Assembly (NCBI GenBank): GCA_011523045.1
Contig: WTHR01000187.1
Location: forward strand, 1-52,751
DNA from: Gammaproteobacteria bacterium
GTDB taxonomy: Bacteria > Pseudomonadota > Gammaproteobacteria > Arenicellales > UBA868
Length of the DNA stretch: 52,751 nucleotides
Reading direction: 5' to 3'
Position numbers and translations under genes: made by a program. Each line of letters opens with the position of its first letter. The first letter of the stretch is position 1. The notes under the pieces were generated by a model. That model searched no databases. It was not told the DNA's origin and worked only from the letters and a program-made list of their open reading frames with translations. Positions 38,133 to 48,114 of this stretch are shown piece by piece.

Positions 38133-40028
38133 TTAGGCGCGGGAGCGTGAAGCAACAGACTGCAGAGGCCGCCGGCGCTGGATGGCAGCCTGGATACCCT
38201 GCGCGTCCAGACCATATTGACTGAGCACGGCCGCGGGGTCGCCCTGATCCACATGCTGATCCGGCAAGCCAAGGATCAACAGCGGCGTGGCACAGCCCGC
38301 TTCGGAGAGAACTTCAGATACCCCAGCTCCGGCGCCGCCGCGAACAGTATTCTCCTCAATCGAGACCAACAAGTCATGGGAGCCTGCAAGATCCTCAATG
38401 AGATCTTTATCCAGGGGTTTGACACTTCTCATGTTGGCGACAGTAGCGTCCAGCACCTCGCCGGCTTCCAGGGCAGGCGCCACCATAGTGCCAAAAGCGA
38501 GCAGGGCCACGCCTTGGCCTTCTCGGCGGATCTCGGCTTTTCCGACAGGGATGCGGCTCATTGCCTTTGCCTCGGGCACACCCGGCCCCGAACCACGTGG
38601 ATACCTGACAGCGGCGGGCCCTTCGTGCAGAAATGCACTGTAGAGCATGTTCCGGCATTCCGCTTCGTCTGATGGCGCAAAGATGACCATCCCTGGCACA
38701 CACCGAAGGAAGCTGAGATCAAAAGCACCCTGGTGAGTCGGGCCGTCAGCGCCCACTATGCCGGCCCGGTCGATAGCAAATGTGACATCCAGATGCTGAA
38801 CACTGATGTCATGAATTAACTGATCATAGGCGCGTTGCAAAAAGGTCGAATAGATCGCGACGACCGGCTTCACACCATCGCAAGCGGTGCCCGCCGCAAA
38901 CGTCAACGCATGCTGTTCCGCAATCCCCACATCAAAGTAGCGTTCAGGGTGCTGCTCTGAGAACGGCACCAATCCGGATCCTTCACGCATTGCAGGGGTT
39001 ATGCCGATCAGTCGTTCGTCGGCTTTTGCCATATCACACAGCCAGTCACCAAAGACCTGGGTGTAAGTCCGGCTGCTTGATTTCTTTTCGACTTTGCCGG
39101 TGTTGGGGTCAAACGGCCCTACGCCGTGAAAAGTTATGGGCTGACCTTCAGCAGGGCGGAAACCCTTGCCTTTTTGGGTGACGATGTGCAAAAAGCGTGG
39201 GCCACTCATCGCCTTCATGTTCTGTAGAGTCGTCACCAGAGTATCAATATCGTGACCGTCAATCGGTCCGATGTAATTGAAGCCGAGTTCCTCAAACAGC
39301 GTACTCGGCATCACCATTCCTTTGAGGTGCTCTTCCCATCGTCGGGCAAACGCCTGGACGGGCGGAGCGGTTCCCAGCACGGTTTTGCTGCCTTCTCGCA
39401 CGCTGGTATACGCCCTTCCTGAGAGGATGCGGGCGAGATAGTTCGACATAGCTCCGACATTCCGGGATATCGACATCTCGTTGTCGTTCAAAACCACCAG
39501 CAGATCTGCGTCCATATCACCCGCGTTATAAAGTGCCTCCATCGCCTGACCCGCGGTTAATGCACCGTCTCCGATAATCGCAACGACCTCTCTGTCATCC
39601 TCATGAAGCCGCGCAGCGACAGCCATTCCCAGTGCCGCACTAATCGAGGTGCTTGAATGGCCTGCCCCGAAACTGTCGTACTCGCTTTCGGCTCTCTTTA
39701 AAAAGCCTGACAGGCCTCCTGCTTTACGAATTGTCCGCATCTCATCACGGCGACCGGTGAGAATCTTGTGGGGATAGGCCTGATGACCAATATCCCAGAC
39801 CAGGCGATCTTTTGGGGTATCAAACACGTAGTGCAGGGCAACCGTGAGCTCCACCGCGCCCAGCCCCGGCGCAAGATGACCGCCGGTTTCTGAGGTCACC
39901 TCAATCAGAAAGGCGCGTACCTCTTCAGCCAGCGTCTGTAACTCCTGATGGGCAAGCTGACGCAGCGCTTCAGGCGAGTTGACCCGGTCCAGTATCGGAA
40001 AGTCAGACGGTGTAGTCATGTGCTGCAA
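38133..40028 (-). CDS. dxs: 1-deoxy-D-xylulose-5-phosphate synthase
   Basis: [53 protein letters not shown]. Confidence 0.97.
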   Translation of the reverse strand: MQHMTTPSDFPILDRVNSPEALRQLAHQELQTLAEEVRAFLIEVTSETGGHLAPGLGAVELTVALHYVFDTPKDRLVWDIGHQAYPHKILTGRRDEMRTIRKAGGLSGFLKRAESEYDSFGAGHSSTSISAALGMAVAARLHEDDREVVAIIGDGALTAGQAMEALYNAGDMDADLLVVLNDNEMSISRNVGAMSNYLARILSGRAYTSVREGSKTVLGTAPPVQAFARRWEEHLKGMVMPSTLFEELGFNYIGPIDGHDIDTLVTTLQNMKAMSGPRFLHIVTQKGKGFRPAEGQPITFHGVGPFDPNTGKVEKKSSSRTYTQVFGDWLCDMAKADERLIGITPAMREGSGLVPFSEQHPERYFDVGIAEQHALTFAAGTACDGVKPVVAIYSTFLQRAYDQLIHDISVQHLDVTFAIDRAGIVGADGPTHQGAFDLSFLRCVPGMVIFAPSDEAECRNMLYSAFLHEGPAAVRYPRGSGPGVPEAKAMSRIPVGKAEIRREGQGVALLAFGTMVAPALEAGEVLDATVANMRSVKPLDKDLIEDLAGSHDLLVSIEENTVRGGAGAGVSEVLSEAGCATPLLILGLPDQHVDQGDPAAVLSQYGLDAQGIQAAIQRRRPLQSVASRSRA

Positions 40029-40094
40029 ATTCAGGCGATGGGGTTAACGCAAAACACCAACCCTTGATGATAATCCTTTTTAGAGGCTGGAACC

Positions 40095-40994
40095 TTAGTG
40101 GGAACGGCTCACCGTGAATTGTGCCAGGCCCACGAGCAGGGCCGTGTCCATTTCAAGGCCGCCCAATGCGTCGATTGCCTGATCCTTCAGTTCCTCGGCG
40201 TACTGACGAGCAGGCGCTTCGCCCAGAATGCTGAGAAAAGTGGGTTGCCCCCGCTCTTGATCCGCGCCCGCAGGTTTGCCCAGGGTGACGGTATCCCCAG
40301 TCCCGTCCAGAACATCATCGATGACCTGAAAAGCAAGGCCCAGCGGTTGGGCATAGTTTTTCAGGCAGGCCAGGGTGGCGGAATCGTCCGTAGCGCAAAG
40401 ACCACCCATCAGGACGGCTGCCTCTATCAGCGCTCCGGTCTTGCATCGATGCATCGTGGCCAGCGTTTCCAGTGTTGGGTCCTGTGAGGTCATATTCAGG
40501 TCCAGCACCTGACCCCCGGCCAGTCCCACAGACCCTGAGGCGTTGGCCAGCACGTTCAGCATATCAAGTCGCACCTTTGGGGGAAGGGCGTGCCAGTCGG
40601 AATCGCTCAGCACTGCAAAAGCGAGAGTTTGCAGGGCATCGCCCGCCAGGATAGCGGTCGCTTCATCGAAGGCTTTGTGGCAAGAAGGTTTCCCCCGACG
40701 AAGATCATCATCATCCATCGCAGGCAGATCATCGTGCACCAGCGAGAAGGCGTGAATCAGTTCTACTGCACATGCCGGTCGGTCCAGAGTATCTTCGGCA
40801 ACACATAGCGCATGCCCTGCCGCATAGACGAGCGCGGCCCGGTAACGTTTGCCGGCACCGATGCCGGAATAACGCATTGCCTCATGAAGCAGCGCGGGAG
40901 AGACTGTTGTGTCCGGGATCAGATCCTCAAGACATTTGTCGATGCGCTGTCGCCATTTTGGCCAGTGGTCGTTCAGAGCCGCGGACTGATTCAC
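40095..40994 (-). CDS. ispA: Farnesyl-diphosphate synthase (polyprenyl synthetase)
   Basis: GKRYR, HDDLPAMDDDDLRRGKP, KTGALI, FQVIDDVLD; xseB-ispA-dxs order. Confidence 0.94.
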   Translation of the reverse strand: MNQSAALNDHWPKWRQRIDKCLEDLIPDTTVSPALLHEAMRYSGIGAGKRYRAALVYAAGHALCVAEDTLDRPACAVELIHAFSLVHDDLPAMDDDDLRRGKPSCHKAFDEATAILAGDALQTLAFAVLSDSDWHALPPKVRLDMLNVLANASGSVGLAGGQVLDLNMTSQDPTLETLATMHRCKTGALIEAAVLMGGLCATDDSATLACLKNYAQPLGLAFQVIDDVLDGTGDTVTLGKPAGADQERGQPTFLSILGEAPARQYAEELKDQAIDALGGLEMDTALLVGLAQFTVSRSH

Positions 40995-41236
40995 GAGCCT
41001 TCGTCTTCTGAAGACGTGTCGTGAGCGTCATCCGCTTTTTCCAGCAGTTCCTGTACGCGGAGTTCGGCTTTTTGCAGGCTGTCCCGGCATTGACGTGCAA
41101 GTTCCATTCCCCGCTCGAAATCCTTTAGGGAGGTTTCCAGAGGCTGGTCGCCGGCCTCCATTTTCTCCACGATGGTCTCGAGCTCCTTCAGGGATTTCTC
41201 AAATTCCCCGACCCTTGAACGCGTTGATTTGGCCAT
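40991..41236 (-). CDS. xseB: Exodeoxyribonuclease VII small subunit
   Basis: FEKSLKELETIVEKME.G...LE.SL..FERG; conserved synteny. Confidence 0.93.
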   Translation of the reverse strand: MAKSTRSRVGEFEKSLKELETIVEKMEAGDQPLETSLKDFERGMELARQCRDSLQKAELRVQELLEKADDAHDTSSEDEGS

Positions 41237-41420
41237 GATGCATCCTTAAAGATCTGTGCCGCGATCGACTGGAGCGCGGGTGAACATCAACTCGGGGAAT
41301 TCTATCGTAGCCCCACAGTTGTCTCCAATGATCAGCGCGCTGACGGGTGCGATTCATCCATTCCCGTCGGGGCCTTCGTGTATCATCGCCTTGCGCTTCA
41401 CCCACCGGTCGATTCTTGTC

Positions 41421-43313
41421 ATGGCTGAAAATTACGATGCCTCTGCAATTGAAGTCCTTACCGGTCTCCAGCCCGTGCGTAAACGCCCGGGAATGTACAC
41501 CCAAACTGACCGTCCAAATCACCTTGTTCAGGAGGTTGTCGACAACAGTGTCGACGAGGCGATTGGGGGTTATGCACACCGTATTTCGGTCACTCTGCAT
41601 AAGGATGGCTCTGTATCGGTTGCAGATGATGGCAGGGGGATGCCGGTGGATCGGCACAAGGGAGAGAAGGTCAGTGCGGTCGAGGTGATCCTCACGCGGC
41701 TGCATGCCGGGGGAAAATTTTCTGACAAGTCCTACACCTACTCGGGCGGTTTGCATGGTGTGGGGGTATCCGTTGTCAACGCGCTCTCCAAGAAGCTCGA
41801 GGTGAGTGTCAAGCGTGGCGGTCAGGAGTACCAGATGGCCTTTCGTGATGGCGTACCGATCGCTCCGCTTAAGGCGGTCCGGAAGATTGGCGCACGCAAC
41901 TCCGGGACCATGGTGCAGTTCTGGCCGGACCCGGTTTTTTTTGATTCCCCAGGCATTTCTGTTGGCCGACTGAAGCGTCTGTTACGCGCGAAGGCTGTGT
42001 TATGTCCCGGGCTTCGAATTGATTTCAAGGACGAGGAATCCAAGGACAACAACGAAACCTGGGAGTACGAGGACGGCCTGCCGGACTACCTCTCATCCCA
42101 GGTCGCTTCCGCGGAACGGGTGCCCGACCCGCCTTTCGTTGGACACATCGCCCAGCAGGAACAGCAGTTGGATTGGGCGATAAGTTGGCTTGAAGATGAT
42201 GGAGAGGTCTTCGCTGAGAGTTACGTCAACCTTATTCCCACGCCACAGGGCGGCAGTCACGTGAGTGGATTTCGCACCGGATTAACAGACGCCGTCAGAG
42301 AGTTTTGTGACTACCGCAATCTGCTTCCCCGAGGCGTGAAGCTGTCTCCTGAGGATGTGTGGCAGCGCTGTGCGTTTGTGTTGTCGCTGCGCATGAAGGA
42401 TCCGCAATTCAGCGGTCAAACCAAAGATCGGCTGTCTTCGCGGGAAGCGGCGTCGTTGACCGCGGCGGCAGTGAAGGATGCTTTCAGTTTGTGGCTGAAC
42501 CAAAATGCCGCCGAAGGGGAGCGTATTGCCGCCCTTGCCATCAGCAGCGCACAGTCACGGCTTCGTACCGCCCGGCAGGTGGAGCGCAAAAAGGCGGCTA
42601 CCGGCCCGACCCTGCCCGGCAAGCTCGCGGACTGCGCGAGCCAGGATCTTGAGCATACTGAACTCTTTCTGGTGGAGGGTGACTCTGCGGGGGGATCTGC
42701 CAAGCAGGCGCGGGACAAGGACTATCAGGCGATCCTGCCTTTGCGGGGGAAAATTCTGAATACCTGGGAGGTTGAGTCCGCTGAGGTCCTTGCGTCGCAA
42801 TCGGTGCATGATATCGCCGTCGCGCTGGGTGTAGACCCGGGCACTGGAGATTGTTCGGGTCTGCGTTATGGACGTGTCTGCATCTTGGCAGATGCGGATT
42901 CTGATGGCGCCCATATTGCCACTCTATTGTGTGCGCTCTTCGTTCGTCATTTCCGTCCATTGGTCGATGCAGGCCGGGTCTGCGTTTCAATGCCGCCGCT
43001 GTATCGAATCGATGTAGGCAAACATGTTTTTTATGCGCTTGATGATGCCGAAAAGGATGTCGTTCTCGACAGGATCAAAAAGGACAAACTGCGGGGCACG
43101 GTTAACGTCCAGCGCTTTAAGGGGCTGGGTGAGATGAATCCGGCACAACTGCGTGAGACGACTATGGATCCGGATTCCAGGCGCTTGATCGAGTTGACCC
43201 TCGATCAGGGAAAGAAGACGGACGCCATGCTGGATTTGCTGCTGGCGCGAAAGCGTGCTGCCGATCGCAAGGACTGGCTGGGTAAGCGCGGCGATCAGGC
43301 CGAGGTGGCCTGA
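41421..43313 (+). CDS. parE: DNA topoisomerase IV subunit B
   Basis: YDASAIEVL, EVVDNSVDE, GLHGVG, VEGDSAGGSAKQAR, PLRGKILN, DADSDG, QRFKGLGEM. Start moved to ATG 41421. Confidence 0.96.
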   Translation: MAENYDASAIEVLTGLQPVRKRPGMYTQTDRPNHLVQEVVDNSVDEAIGGYAHRISVTLHKDGSVSVADDGRGMPVDRHKGEKVSAVEVILTRLHAGGKFSDKSYTYSGGLHGVGVSVVNALSKKLEVSVKRGGQEYQMAFRDGVPIAPLKAVRKIGARNSGTMVQFWPDPVFFDSPGISVGRLKRLLRAKAVLCPGLRIDFKDEESKDNNETWEYEDGLPDYLSSQVASAERVPDPPFVGHIAQQEQQLDWAISWLEDDGEVFAESYVNLIPTPQGGSHVSGFRTGLTDAVREFCDYRNLLPRGVKLSPEDVWQRCAFVLSLRMKDPQFSGQTKDRLSSREAASLTAAAVKDAFSLWLNQNAAEGERIAALAISSAQSRLRTARQVERKKAATGPTLPGKLADCASQDLEHTELFLVEGDSAGGSAKQARDKDYQAILPLRGKILNTWEVESAEVLASQSVHDIAVALGVDPGTGDCSGLRYGRVCILADADSDGAHIATLLCALFVRHFRPLVDAGRVCVSMPPLYRIDVGKHVFYALDDAEKDVVLDRIKKDKLRGTVNVQRFKGLGEMNPAQLRETTMDPDSRRLIELTLDQGKKTDAMLDLLLARKRAADRKDWLGKRGDQAEVA

Positions 43314-43340
43314 GCCGATGCGGCGTTGCCCGCCTCTTTT

Positions 43341-43958
43341 TTAACGGTCTGAATCTGCCCCGGCGCTGGGGGCTGGTCCATTCCAGAAAGGTTCTTGCCG
43401 GGGGTCCCGGATCGTGACTGTCTCCTGCCGGTACGGACGAAATCCTGCCTGCTGGTAGACGATGATCGCTTTGGGGTGGTCCAGATTGCACGTGTTGACG
43501 ATAAGTTTCTTGGGCTTGTCGGTCCATGCAGCACGAACTGCCCACTCGAGAAACCACGGGCCGATCCCGCTGCCAATGTGCCAGGGCAAAAGCCCAAAGT
43601 AGGCGACTTCCGCCTCATCCTCCCGGCGGAAATCAAGCTCGACGTAGCCCGCCGGTTCTCCGCCGCGGTAGAGCACATAAACATGGACTTTTTCGTGGGA
43701 GAGAATGTCCTGAAGGTCAGAGTCGCTCATCGCCCGGCGCTCGTACCAGAGCCACGGTTGGCCGACCTGGTTATAAAGGAAGCGGTAAAACGCTAAGGCG
43801 GGCTGCTTAACCCGAAATACCGCCAGATCGCTGAGCGGCGGTCTTTTGGGTGTGCCGGTCGGCTGACGCATCATTTGCAGGTAAGTGATGGTGACCTGCA
43901 AGGTGCCGTCGTCACGGGGCTTTGGCGTGGTTGCGAAGGAGGAGGGATGTTCTTTCAT
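43341..43958 (-). CDS. GNAT family N-acetyltransferase
   Basis: AYFGLLPWHIGSGIG acetyl-CoA loop; TCNLDHPKA..VYQQAGF. Confidence 0.85.
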   Translation of the reverse strand: MKEHPSSFATTPKPRDDGTLQVTITYLQMMRQPTGTPKRPPLSDLAVFRVKQPALAFYRFLYNQVGQPWLWYERRAMSDSDLQDILSHEKVHVYVLYRGGEPAGYVELDFRREDEAEVAYFGLLPWHIGSGIGPWFLEWAVRAAWTDKPKKLIVNTCNLDHPKAIIVYQQAGFRPYRQETVTIRDPRQEPFWNGPAPSAGADSDR

Positions 43959-43978
43959 AAGCTAAGGAGATCAAGGGC

Positions 43979-45169
43979 TCAGAGGTTTTTGGTCTCGGTG
44001 ACGGGGGATTCATCGGGGTGGGATTTTCGGTCCACCAGCATGGCGACGCCTCCGATCAGTGACCAGAGAGCAACGTGAACGCGGTGCAGGACCGACAGCG
44101 CAACGCCTCGCGTACGCATCACCTGTTCCGCATCGGGAACGCCCGGCAGGGCAGAGGCGCCAAACTTGCCGATCAGTGTTCCGTAGGCGGCTTCCCCGAT
44201 ACCCCAGCCCGCCGGTGCGATGGGGATGCCCTGGATAACGGACGCAACCGGTACGATAAAGAACAGGTCAGCGACGCTGATACCGACGCCCAGGGCCTCG
44301 CTCATGCAGAAAAAGCTTCCGACGAGCAGGGTATAGATGACAGGGCTTGCCAATATCCATCCTCCTATGCCCAGAAGATGACCGCGGTAATGCAGCACCG
44401 CCGCATCCAGATCGCGGATGATTGCCCCAAGTTTTTCCGGCAGTTTGGCAACCAACGCATCAAAAAAGAGGACTCGGCGCAGCGTCGGACTGATCAGCAA
44501 GAAACAGAAAACCAGAACACCGAGTCCCGTTAGCCACATGGTGCTGGCAAAAACCGGGAAACGATCCATTGCGAGAAGGCTGGCGAGACTTCCGACAACG
44601 AGCAAAGAAACCACACCCAGAATTCGGTCAACCACAATCGACACAACGGCCGGCACCTTGTCTCCCGAACATCGTCTGACGATATAAACCGCTTTGACCA
44701 CATCTCCCCCCGTCGCTCCGGGCATTACGTTGTTGAAAAAGAGACCGATCCAGCCAAACTTCTGTGCCTCGATAAACCGAACGCCCAGACCGTTTGCGCG
44801 AAGCAGAAACCACCAGCGTGAGTTGATCACCACGATAAAGGTAAAAAACAAAAGAGCGCCCAGAGAAAACAACGCAATGTCGAGATTGCGGATATAGGTG
44901 GGCAGTCCGGGAGAGACGAGGATCGTCGTGCCGTCCAGTTGGATTCCTCTTTGCAGATCGATCGCCTCGGATGAGGCTGTCGGCAGGAATTGCAGCGTGT
45001 CTTGGTCCCAGGCGCCAACGATACTTCCCTCGACCTGTTCCACCACGACGCCTTGCTGATTCAGCCGGCTGTAACTGTCTATCCAGGTGATGTTGTAGAA
45101 AATAACCGCAAACAGTATCCCCACCAGGGTTATCTTCAAGGCAGTCAGAAGAGGCTTCTTAGCGGACAT
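43979..45169 (-). CDS. Lysylphosphatidylglycerol synthase TM-domain / UPF0104 flippase-like membrane protein
   Basis: RWWFLL, GLFFNNVMPGATGGDVVKA, DRILG, PIAPAGWGIGE. Confidence 0.85.
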   Translation of the reverse strand: MSAKKPLLTALKITLVGILFAVIFYNITWIDSYSRLNQQGVVVEQVEGSIVGAWDQDTLQFLPTASSEAIDLQRGIQLDGTTILVSPGLPTYIRNLDIALFSLGALLFFTFIVVINSRWWFLLRANGLGVRFIEAQKFGWIGLFFNNVMPGATGGDVVKAVYIVRRCSGDKVPAVVSIVVDRILGVVSLLVVGSLASLLAMDRFPVFASTMWLTGLGVLVFCFLLISPTLRRVLFFDALVAKLPEKLGAIIRDLDAAVLHYRGHLLGIGGWILASPVIYTLLVGSFFCMSEALGVGISVADLFFIVPVASVIQGIPIAPAGWGIGEAAYGTLIGKFGASALPGVPDAEQVMRTRGVALSVLHRVHVALWSLIGGVAMLVDRKSHPDESPVTETKNL

Positions 45170-45505
45170 AAATCTGTGCGGAGGGTGTGTCAGCGGGCAT
45201 GGATGACAAGGCAGGTGCTGGAGTCAGTCTGACGCTCTAAAGATAGAAATACATTAGGTCTGTAGGGAAATTGATACTTCAATTCAGGGGAGAAGATATC
45301 TTCGCCAGAGCCCTGAAGATCAGCCTTGATACGATTTTGGCCCGTCGTTCGATATTGTGTAAGATTGCTCATAGGCTCCGACTGTGTTCGCCAGGAGCAT
45401 TAGTGTCGGCACTTTCATGTAGGAAACTGCTGCAAAGTGTAAAGTATGAAGCCTGTGGCCAACGAGAGACCGCCCGGCGAGCGGCGAATTTTATAGGAAT
45501 TCTGA

Positions 45506-45976
45506 ATGCATAAAGCACTGGTGATGGAAGTCGATGCTTGCACGGGATGTCATCAGTGTGAGTTGATGTGCTCTTACGGAAAAGTTGGTGCCTTTAACAC
45601 CGCCAAGTCGGTGATGGATATCACGATCTACGACGGCGGCGCAATCAACGTCCCTTCTACCTGTACTCAATGTCAGGAAGCGTGGTGTATGGTGGTTTGC
45701 CCCGTGCAGGCGATTACTGTCAATCCGGCAACGGGCGCAAAAGAAGTTTCAGCAGAAGCCTGTGTGGGGTGCAAGGTGTGTACGATCGCCTGCCCATTTG
45801 GTGCCATCAACTATGACCCTGATTCGGGCGTCGTAACCAAGTGTGACCTGTGTGGGGGTGAGCCTATGTGTGTGGAGGCCTGTCCGACGACTGCACTGGC
45901 CTATGTGGCAGAAGACAGCACGGGCTATGACAAAATGCGTCGCAGTGCGACGCTTGCTGCCGGGCTTGAAGCGTGA
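45506..45976 (+). CDS. aorA: 4x[4Fe-4S] polyferredoxin subunit of aldehyde oxidoreductase
   Basis: 16 Cys in DmsB-like arrangement: CTGCHQC...C, CTQC...C...CP, CVGCKVC...CP, KCDLC...C...CP. Confidence 0.88.
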   Translation: MHKALVMEVDACTGCHQCELMCSYGKVGAFNTAKSVMDITIYDGGAINVPSTCTQCQEAWCMVVCPVQAITVNPATGAKEVSAEACVGCKVCTIACPFGAINYDPDSGVVTKCDLCGGEPMCVEACPTTALAYVAEDSTGYDKMRRSATLAAGLEA

Positions 45977-46026
45977 AGCTTGAACCGTAAAGCGAAAAAG
46001 AGAAACGAAAAAGGAAAAGCAAGAAA
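45964..46026 (+). repeat. Degenerate 7-nt tandem repeat decaying into a purine tract
   Basis: GCTTGAA GCGTGAA GCTTGAA CCGTAAA GCGAAAA AGAGAAA CGAAAAA GGAAAAG CAAGAAA. Confidence 0.6.
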
Positions 46027-46172
46027 GCATTAGTTGAAAAGACTGAGAAGCTACTGTCCTAGTTGTTATCTAGGAAAGGTTTGCAATTTTGCAATTAAGT
46101 ATTAAGCGTAACGAGTATGTCTATGGCGGGTCATGAGGACCCATTAAGTCAAATCCAGAGGAGGCGTAAGCA

Positions 46173-48020
46173 ATGAGTTGGACTGGAAATGTTTTGAGAG
46201 TGAATTTGAGTGCAGGCACCTGCACCACCGAGCCCACCAATATGGAATGGGCCCATGACTACATGGGCCAAAGAGGCCTGGCGACCAAATACCTTGTTGA
46301 GGAGACCGATCCGAAGGTCGATCCGTTGTCCCCGGACAATAAAATGATCTTCGCAACAGGGCCGCTCACGGGAACTATCGCACCTACCTCGGGGCGCTGG
46401 TCTGTCGTTTGCAAAGGGCCCCTGACGGGTGCGATTGCATGCTCCAATTCAGGCGGCTTCTTTGGCGCCGAGTTAAAGAATGCTGGTTGGGACATGGTGA
46501 TCTTCGAGGGCAAATCGGATTCTCCGGTCTATCTCGACATCACTAACGACCAGGCTGAGCTTAAAGATGCCTCCGATTTATGGGGGAAATCTGTCTGGGA
46601 GACGGAGACCGCCCTGCGGGACCGACGCGGAGATCCCGATGTGCGCGTTGCGTCGATCGGTCTGGCTGGGGAAAACGGAGCGCTGTACGCTGCTGTTGTG
46701 AATGATATGGACCGCGCGGCAGGCCGATCCGGTGTGGGCGCGGTGATGGGATCCAAGCACCTGAAAGCGGTCGTTGTGCGTGGAACAGTTGGCGTCAAGG
46801 TAGCCGATCCGATGGCGCTGATGAAAACCTCCAACGCTGCTAAGGAGATCCTTGCAGAAAATGCGGTGACCGGAGAAGGGCTGCCAACACACGGCACGCA
46901 GGTACTCATGAACGTTATCAATGAGGTCGGAGCTCTGCCGACGCGTAATGGACACGATGTCCAGTTTGATGGCGCCCATGATATCAGCGCCGAGGCAATG
47001 GCCGAGGTGCGGGAGAGCGATGGCCAGGCCAATCTGGTTTCTAATCATGCCTGCTTTGGTTGTCCGATTTCCTGTGCACGGCGATCCAAGATCGACCCGA
47101 CCCACTTCACCGTGAAAGACAAGCCCCAATATCAGCACGTCAGTGGTGGGCTGGAGTATGAAGCGGCATGGGCGCTGGGCGCGGCCAACGGCATCAATGA
47201 TCTTGAAGCGCTGACTTATGCCAACTTTGTGTGCAACGAGCAGGGATTGGATCCGATTTCTCTGGGTGCGACGATCGGCGCAGCAATGGATCTGTACAAA
47301 GAAGGTGCGATCACCCAAGAAGATACCGGGGGTGTGGCGCTTGAGTTCGGAAACACGGAGGCCTTCGTGGCCATGGTGGAAGCAACCGCTCGCGGCGAAG
47401 GGTTCGGTAAAGAAATTGGGCAGGGCTCGAAGCGACTGTGTGAAAAATACGGCCATCCTGAGCTTTCTATGACCGTCAAAGGCCAGGAGTTCCCGGCCTA
47501 TGATCCGCGCGGTATTCAGGGCATGGGTCTGACCTATGCCACATCAAATCGCGGCGCCTGCCATCTGCGCAGTTACACCGTCGCTTCAGAAGTGCTCGGT
47601 ATTCCAGAGAAGACTGATCCTTTGGTGACCGATGGAAAGGCCGGTTTGGTCAAGGCCTTCCAGGACGCGACGGCGGCAGTCGACTCGAGCGGAACCTGTG
47701 TATTCACCACTTTTGCGCTTTCCGGCGAAGACATTGCGCCGATGGTGGATGCAGCCTGTGAAGGAGATTGGAGCCTGGAGCGTTTCGTCGAAGTTGGTGA
47801 GCGTATCTGGAACATGGAGCGCCAGTACAACATCGCGGCTGGGTTCACTGCTGCAGACGATAACCTACCCGAGCGATTGCTAAAGGATGCAGCCAAAACC
47901 GGCCCCGCTGAAGGGCACGTGAATCGGCTAGATGAAATGTTGCCGGAATACTACGAGCTGAGAGGCTGGGATACCTCAGGAGTGCCGACGTCGGAGACGC
48001 TGAGCCGTCTCGGACTCTGA
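46173..48020 (+). CDS. aorB: Aldehyde:ferredoxin oxidoreductase family catalytic subunit (tungstopterin)
   Basis: KGPLTG, SNSGG.FG.ELK.AG.D, AAGRSGVGAVMGSK.LKA, CFGCPISC, EYE, D..GLDPIS, RGACH, YYELRGWD; RBS GGAGG. Confidence 0.94.
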   Translation: MSWTGNVLRVNLSAGTCTTEPTNMEWAHDYMGQRGLATKYLVEETDPKVDPLSPDNKMIFATGPLTGTIAPTSGRWSVVCKGPLTGAIACSNSGGFFGAELKNAGWDMVIFEGKSDSPVYLDITNDQAELKDASDLWGKSVWETETALRDRRGDPDVRVASIGLAGENGALYAAVVNDMDRAAGRSGVGAVMGSKHLKAVVVRGTVGVKVADPMALMKTSNAAKEILAENAVTGEGLPTHGTQVLMNVINEVGALPTRNGHDVQFDGAHDISAEAMAEVRESDGQANLVSNHACFGCPISCARRSKIDPTHFTVKDKPQYQHVSGGLEYEAAWALGAANGINDLEALTYANFVCNEQGLDPISLGATIGAAMDLYKEGAITQEDTGGVALEFGNTEAFVAMVEATARGEGFGKEIGQGSKRLCEKYGHPELSMTVKGQEFPAYDPRGIQGMGLTYATSNRGACHLRSYTVASEVLGIPEKTDPLVTDGKAGLVKAFQDATAAVDSSGTCVFTTFALSGEDIAPMVDAACEGDWSLERFVEVGERIWNMERQYNIAAGFTAADDNLPERLLKDAAKTGPAEGHVNRLDEMLPEYYELRGWDTSGVPTSETLSRLGL

Positions 48021-48056
48021 CGCTCAGTCTAAGGTAGATAAAGTTGTAGAACCCCG

Positions 48057-48088
48057 GGCTCCCGGTGATCCTTTGATTGCCGGGAGCC
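48057..48088 (+). other. 14-bp stem-loop between aorB and aorC (mRNA stabiliser or partial terminator)
   Basis: GGCTCCCGGTGATC-CTTT-GATTGCCGGGAGCC with two G-U pairs; no long U-tract. Confidence 0.6.
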
Positions 48089-48114
48089 TGTTCGTTAAAT
48101 CGGAAGCTAAAACC

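Noticed and set aside
41421-43313. parE without adjacent parC
   Set aside because: Separation of parE and parC is common in proteobacteria.
45269-45430. FNR box or sigma-54 promoter for the aor operon
   Set aside because: TTGA-N4-TCAA is 2 bp too short for FNR (TTGAT-N4-ATCAA). GGCAC near 45408 lacks a correctly spaced -12 GC.
45974-46033. Selenocysteine or stop read-through at the aorA TGA
   Set aside because: All 16 cluster Cys are already present, the TGA is not at a Cys position, the downstream sequence is unstructured (no SECIS-like hairpin) and another stop follows shortly.
46578-47456. Long antisense ORFs (292 aa here; also 29531-30355, 48457-49170, 17810-18517, 31731-32423)
   Set aside because: They are shadows of well-supported genes in GC-rich DNA, with no recognisable motifs.
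2821-48088. REP-like family formed by hairpins with CTT(T) loops (2833, 9141, 48057) and GGTTGGGATC repeated at 2821 and 13671
   Set aside because: The stem sequences are unrelated to each other, and one shared 10-mer in 52 kb is expected by chance.
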